10,664 nt of DNA, taken from the NCBI GenBank assembly GCA_049599475.1, contig JBMYOQ010000110.1, positions 1 through 10,664 on the forward strand, read 5' to 3'. Every line of letters begins with the position of its first letter. Position 1 is the stretch's first letter. Below are positions 6,728-10,664 of this stretch, one piece after another. Under the pieces are notes generated by a model, which worked only from the letters and a program-made list of their open reading frames with translations, was not told the DNA's origin and ran no database searches. This DNA is from Opitutales bacterium. Lineage in GTDB: Bacteria; Verrucomicrobiota; Verrucomicrobiia; Opitutales; JABSRG01. The position numbers were made by a program, and so were the translations under genes.

Positions 6728-9634
6728 ATGTCAGAGCACCATAAACATAAAGGGTCAGCCCTAATTACTATGATACTGATAACCTTTACCATGTCATTGG
6801 TTTTCGGAGCATATATGAAGCTCGCCATGTTCGAGCGCCAATCCGTTTCTCGGTACCAACTCAAGCAACAAGCCACATTGGCCGCTGAGTCCCTGGCTAG
6901 CTACGCCACTGCGGAAGTCATCGAGCAATTTGAAAATTTACCCAGGGTTGAATTCGAAAACTATACCTCCGGACCAATAGAAATCAGTGACAGCGCCAAA
7001 AGTGCACTGCTTAGTCCCAACATAGACCCTGACTCCCTAGAAGTTGTGGTCACGACTTTTGATGAAGAAGGCAACGAAACTTATTCCTTCGAATCATTAT
7101 ATATCGATGCAGACAATCGTGCATATATGGACGATCCCGAGAAGGGTGATTGGGTATTAGCGAGAACACTACGCATCTACGCCTCGGCCACAGCTAAAAA
7201 TACCAGCGACAGCGATAGCGGCCAAAGCGCCTTCGTTGAACAAGTCATCCAATTGCGATACAATTCGTTTTTGGATTATATCATCTTTTGCTACGACGAC
7301 CTCGAATTCATGCCGGAAGAATACATGTTGCTCGATGGAGATGTGCACACGAATGCGGATCTATATGTCAGCTCGACCAACGGCCTTGATTTCGGCGGAA
7401 AAGTCACCGCAAGCGGACGCTTCACACACGGGGTAAAATATCTGGACGGGGCTAAATTTGAAAAGGCGCTCGGAGATGTCCGCATAAAAAATCCAAACAT
7501 CGAGATCGGCGAAGATGAAGACGAAAGCGCCAAATTCTTATCCATCCTTCGTGACGACGAAGATAGCCAAGATCTCGCACTCACCGACCCATTTCGCTGG
7601 ATTGACAACAATGAGTTAAAATTCCCAGACAATGCGGCTGATACAACCTGGGAAACTGAAATGGACGCACTCTGGGACGGCTATTTAAAAGACGGCGCAG
7701 ACAAGGTCACGCTACCTGGCATCGTGGCCTCACCTGAGACGAATGATAACTTCGTTGCCATCGAACCCACAGTCAGCGTCAACGAAGACAATGACCAGAA
7801 ATACTCGTATCTCTCCGGCCTCGTATTGAAAGTCGAGGGCACTGCACGCGAGGGAGACAAACCTTATGAATCCGGAACAGGCGACGACACCGACGGATTC
7901 ACAGCGAGCGATTACACCGTCCGCGCATTTATCTACAATGATGATGACGGAGACGGACAGCCGGACTTCAATGCCGACGGGACTCCGAGCATGACAGAAG
8001 TACGCTTGCCCGACGGCCTCATCGGCGACGCCAATTACTCAATGACCTCTATTGAAAACGACGCCGTAGCCGAAGGTTTTGAAAACATAACAGGAAACTA
8101 CGCGACCACCACATTAGTACCCGAATACGAGGAGATCGAGACAGTTACCCTCGTTCCACTCGAAGATAGAATCGAAAGCATCGAGGTGTGGTATGAGAAG
8201 AAAGTCGAAAAAACCAATAGCAAATACGACAATATGGAATATGGCTCCGATGTCGTAAGCAGGGACGATTGGGAGGAAGAGCGCGAGGAAGAGCTGGAAA
8301 CCTGGGAGGTAAGAAAGGAAAGAAAAATAGCCCGCGCCGAAAGAAATGCTGAAGATGGATTCATAGAATCGACAACAACAGAGCTAGCTCTCGATGAGAA
8401 CGGCGACCCGATCCAAGCAACTGACGATGAGGGAAATCTCCTATTCGAAGAAGTCAGCGACCAAGAACCGTATGAATACGTCGCAGGAGGATTCTTCGAT
8501 TACCGAGAAAACAAGTATATGGACGCCCTCTATCTAGATATCGGCCGACTGCACGAGCTCGTCAATGATTGGACGCCTCCCGCAGAATCTAACCCTGAAG
8601 ACGATGATGACGAAGGCAGAGATGAAGATGATGACGAGGACGATGATGATGATGACGACGATGACGAGAGCGAAGAAGAGGAGCTAACCGGCTGGGCCTA
8701 CACCGGAAACAGCGGCTCAGGCCCCGCCACTTTTAACCCCGACACTCATTGGAACGGTGCCGTATACCTTGAGCTCCCCTACACCACCGAAACACTGACT
8801 CATACTGAAGTAATTGACGGGAGTACAGTCACGCAAGAAGCCACTCGCTACGTATCCAGCGATCCGAATCTCGGAGTCGTCCTTATCAACGGCAAAGACC
8901 TCCCTAACCAAGTCAAAGATAGTGGCTATGATGAAGGATTCACATTTGCGACAAACGGCCCCGTATATTTGGTCGGCAATTACAATGCTGATGGCGATTC
9001 GACAACGGGCTCGAGTACACAGGCAGAAGACGGAACCGGCGACCAAGCCCATGAAGTTCCAGCTCTCATTGTAGCCGAAACATTCACAGCGCTCTCTCCG
9101 GAGTTTGCAGATGCAGAACCCGTCCCTTCGAGCCCTGCTAACTATAACGATGAAAGCGACGAAGTGGAAATCTTCGATGCTACTGGCCGCAGACAACTTT
9201 ATGATAACGCGCGCTCACACAATGCTGCCATGGCAACCAGCACAGTGGAAATTGCTGCGGGACTAATACTTGGCATTTCACCAACCGATGCAGATGAAGG
9301 CACTCAAAGCGGTGGCGGCCACAACCTCATTCGCTTGCAGCAAAACTGGCAGCCCAATGACGACACAGCAACTCACCTCATATATAGAGGAGCGATCGTA
9401 GCCCTTTTCGAAACCATGGTGCACGACAGTACCTTGCCCGAGGACTATGAAGTCGTCTTCTCCGCTCCAGCCCGGGATCTCATGCATTCTCCCCTCTTTG
9501 CAGATGGCATTCTGCCGGTCATGCCAGAATTGCCCAAGTCATTCCGGAGAATGTCTGTAAAGCAAGTCTACGAAGATGAATACAAGGACCGCTACGCCAA
9601 AGCGACGGCCACAGCCGATTCTGAGGGCTCGTAA
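6728..9634 (+). CDS. Giant PilX-like minor pilin / putative pilus-tip protein, copy B (968 aa)
   Basis: KHKG|SALITMILI... has no Glu5 and is followed by 'QATLAAES'. Blocks GDVHTNADLY, GGFFDYRE, HWNGAVYLELP, GFTFATNGPVYLVGNYN and SGGGHNLIRLQQNWQP are colinear with 256-3054. The protein is very acidic. Confidence 0.87.
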   Translation: MSEHHKHKGSALITMILITFTMSLVFGAYMKLAMFERQSVSRYQLKQQATLAAESLASYATAEVIEQFENLPRVEFENYTSGPIEISDSAKSALLSPNIDPDSLEVVVTTFDEEGNETYSFESLYIDADNRAYMDDPEKGDWVLARTLRIYASATAKNTSDSDSGQSAFVEQVIQLRYNSFLDYIIFCYDDLEFMPEEYMLLDGDVHTNADLYVSSTNGLDFGGKVTASGRFTHGVKYLDGAKFEKALGDVRIKNPNIEIGEDEDESAKFLSILRDDEDSQDLALTDPFRWIDNNELKFPDNAADTTWETEMDALWDGYLKDGADKVTLPGIVASPETNDNFVAIEPTVSVNEDNDQKYSYLSGLVLKVEGTAREGDKPYESGTGDDTDGFTASDYTVRAFIYNDDDGDGQPDFNADGTPSMTEVRLPDGLIGDANYSMTSIENDAVAEGFENITGNYATTTLVPEYEEIETVTLVPLEDRIESIEVWYEKKVEKTNSKYDNMEYGSDVVSRDDWEEEREEELETWEVRKERKIARAERNAEDGFIESTTTELALDENGDPIQATDDEGNLLFEEVSDQEPYEYVAGGFFDYRENKYMDALYLDIGRLHELVNDWTPPAESNPEDDDDEGRDEDDDEDDDDDDDDDESEEEELTGWAYTGNSGSGPATFNPDTHWNGAVYLELPYTTETLTHTEVIDGSTVTQEATRYVSSDPNLGVVLINGKDLPNQVKDSGYDEGFTFATNGPVYLVGNYNADGDSTTGSSTQAEDGTGDQAHEVPALIVAETFTALSPEFADAEPVPSSPANYNDESDEVEIFDATGRRQLYDNARSHNAAMATSTVEIAAGLILGISPTDADEGTQSGGGHNLIRLQQNWQPNDDTATHLIYRGAIVALFETMVHDSTLPEDYEVVFSAPARDLMHSPLFADGILPVMPELPKSFRRMSVKQVYEDEYKDRYAKATATADSEGS
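8597..8683 (+). repeat. Low-complexity GAN-codon tract encoding a poly-Asp/Glu insertion
   Basis: Encodes EDDDDEGRDEDDDEDDDDDDDDDESEEEE (26 of 29 residues acidic) with mixed GAT/GAC/GAA/GAG codons. It is absent at the aligned position of the left paralog. Confidence 0.9.
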
Positions 9635-9707
9635 AACAAACGAGTTTCTTAAGAACTAAAACAATTCACGTAATATACCTTCCAATACACTTTAGGGAGT
9701 AATCAGA

Positions 9708-10391
9708 ATGCGTAGACTATTTATCTGTATATTCGCCTTTTCAATCCTGGTGATTAATATCGAACTCACTGCCCAAGAGGAGGAAAACGACGAATATTTG
9801 AGGCTCCCCTCAGCTCATTTCCTTCCCATAGAAGCCAAGACCACCAAGAGAACAAGCGCTCGGGGCGAAAGCGAATTCGCACTAAACATCAAAACCCGCG
9901 TATTTGATGTAGAAGCCCCGCTTACCTATAAGGGCTGGCGCATGCTACGGCTTCCCAACAATCGCGTAAGCCTACGTAACATACTCCAACAAGACGCCAC
10001 GGTAACCTTCTCATTCTTCAAGTCTCCACTGTTCTTCCAAATGGCCCGCAAAATGGAAGACTGGAAAACAGCCTATCTCGACGGCCTGGTGTTTGATCGA
10101 TTCGCTGCCGCCGAGGTAAACAACCGTGAAACGTTCCCAGACGCCGGAAGGCACCCGCATCACCTTTTCTCGAAGGCACCCAAATCGATAATCGATTACA
10201 CAAAGAGAGATTTGAATTCAGGTCAGACATACTACTGCCGCGACTACTTTATCGAATACCGCATTTCTTCAACACAACGCTACACCCTTCTAATTCAATT
10301 TCAACGCCCACACAATTTTGGGTCTGTAGTCTTTGCAGACGTTTTTAAATCACTCCACGCAGTCAGACCGAAAAACCCTCAGGCGAACTAG
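9708..10391 (+). CDS. Hypothetical exported protein (227 aa)
   Basis: Long ORF with an SD-like GGGAG at 9695-9699. The N-terminus MRRLFICIFAFSILVINIELTA|Q resembles a Sec signal peptide. I recognise no family. Confidence 0.75.
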   Translation: MRRLFICIFAFSILVINIELTAQEEENDEYLRLPSAHFLPIEAKTTKRTSARGESEFALNIKTRVFDVEAPLTYKGWRMLRLPNNRVSLRNILQQDATVTFSFFKSPLFFQMARKMEDWKTAYLDGLVFDRFAAAEVNNRETFPDAGRHPHHLFSKAPKSIIDYTKRDLNSGQTYYCRDYFIEYRISSTQRYTLLIQFQRPHNFGSVVFADVFKSLHAVRPKNPQAN

Positions 10392-10404
10392 AGGTTTCTT
10401 AAAA

Positions 10405-10433
10405 GTGGTGTTGCCGGATCACCGTATCCGGCA
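10405..10433 (+). repeat. REP-like or terminator-like hairpin downstream of the last CDS
   Basis: TGCCGGAT-CACCGT-ATCCGGCA (10412-10433) forms an 8-bp perfect stem and is preceded by GTGG at 10405. There is no U-tract on the plus strand. Confidence 0.45.
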
Positions 10434-10664
10434 TGAGCGCGTTAGCCCAAACGACTAGCGCGGCCAAAGTCGAGTCATGCTCGCTCGGTGAGACACAGTC
10501 GCTACATAAAGAGAGATTTATCCGAATGTTGAGACAGCCTGGTCGTCAATGCCCGCTGCCATCGGCTCTGCGAACGCTGAGGACAGCGGATGTAGGCTTG
10601 CTGGAGATGGCGAAGCAATGGCGCTGCGCTTAGAATGATGTCATCGGTAGCGGCCGATCTCCGA

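Noticed and set aside
282..9487. Alternative-frame and antisense ORFs inside the six pilin genes (e.g. 3273-3668 +, 7291-7632 -, 8098-8364 -, 8717-9196 -)
   Set aside because: They are shadows of well-supported genes. The Ser-rich translations simply mirror Asp/Glu codons.
256..9634. Recent inverted duplication, assembly artefact or ongoing gene conversion between the cassettes
   Set aside because: Conserved peptide blocks differ at synonymous positions and there are many indels. I saw no long identical DNA tracts.
10433..10633. 66-aa ORF
   Set aside because: It is short, starts within the hairpin cluster, and has no RBS or recognisable motif.

Overview
The window holds two divergently transcribed, paralogous three-gene cassettes of type IV pilus/T2SS minor-pilin-like genes. 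Each runs PilV-like, PilW-like, then a giant (~930-970 aa) acidic PilX-like protein: 4352->256 on the minus strand and 5443->9634 on the plus strand. They flank a ~1.1-kb non-coding spacer that carries an inverted 18-bp motif pair, a perfect 12-bp-stem hairpin and a 16-bp palindrome. The two giant proteins share conserved core blocks. They differ in a ~130-aa central segment, and only the right copy has a poly-Asp/Glu tract and tandem DxDxDG-type loops, which suggests two alternative pilus-tip complexes. A secreted hypothetical protein follows the right cassette. The first 51 bp look like the end of a DDE transposon (IS21 or Tn402/TniA-like), and REP-like hairpins lie at the right edge. A Verrucomicrobiota (Opitutales-like) origin is plausible from the cassette style, but that is inference only.
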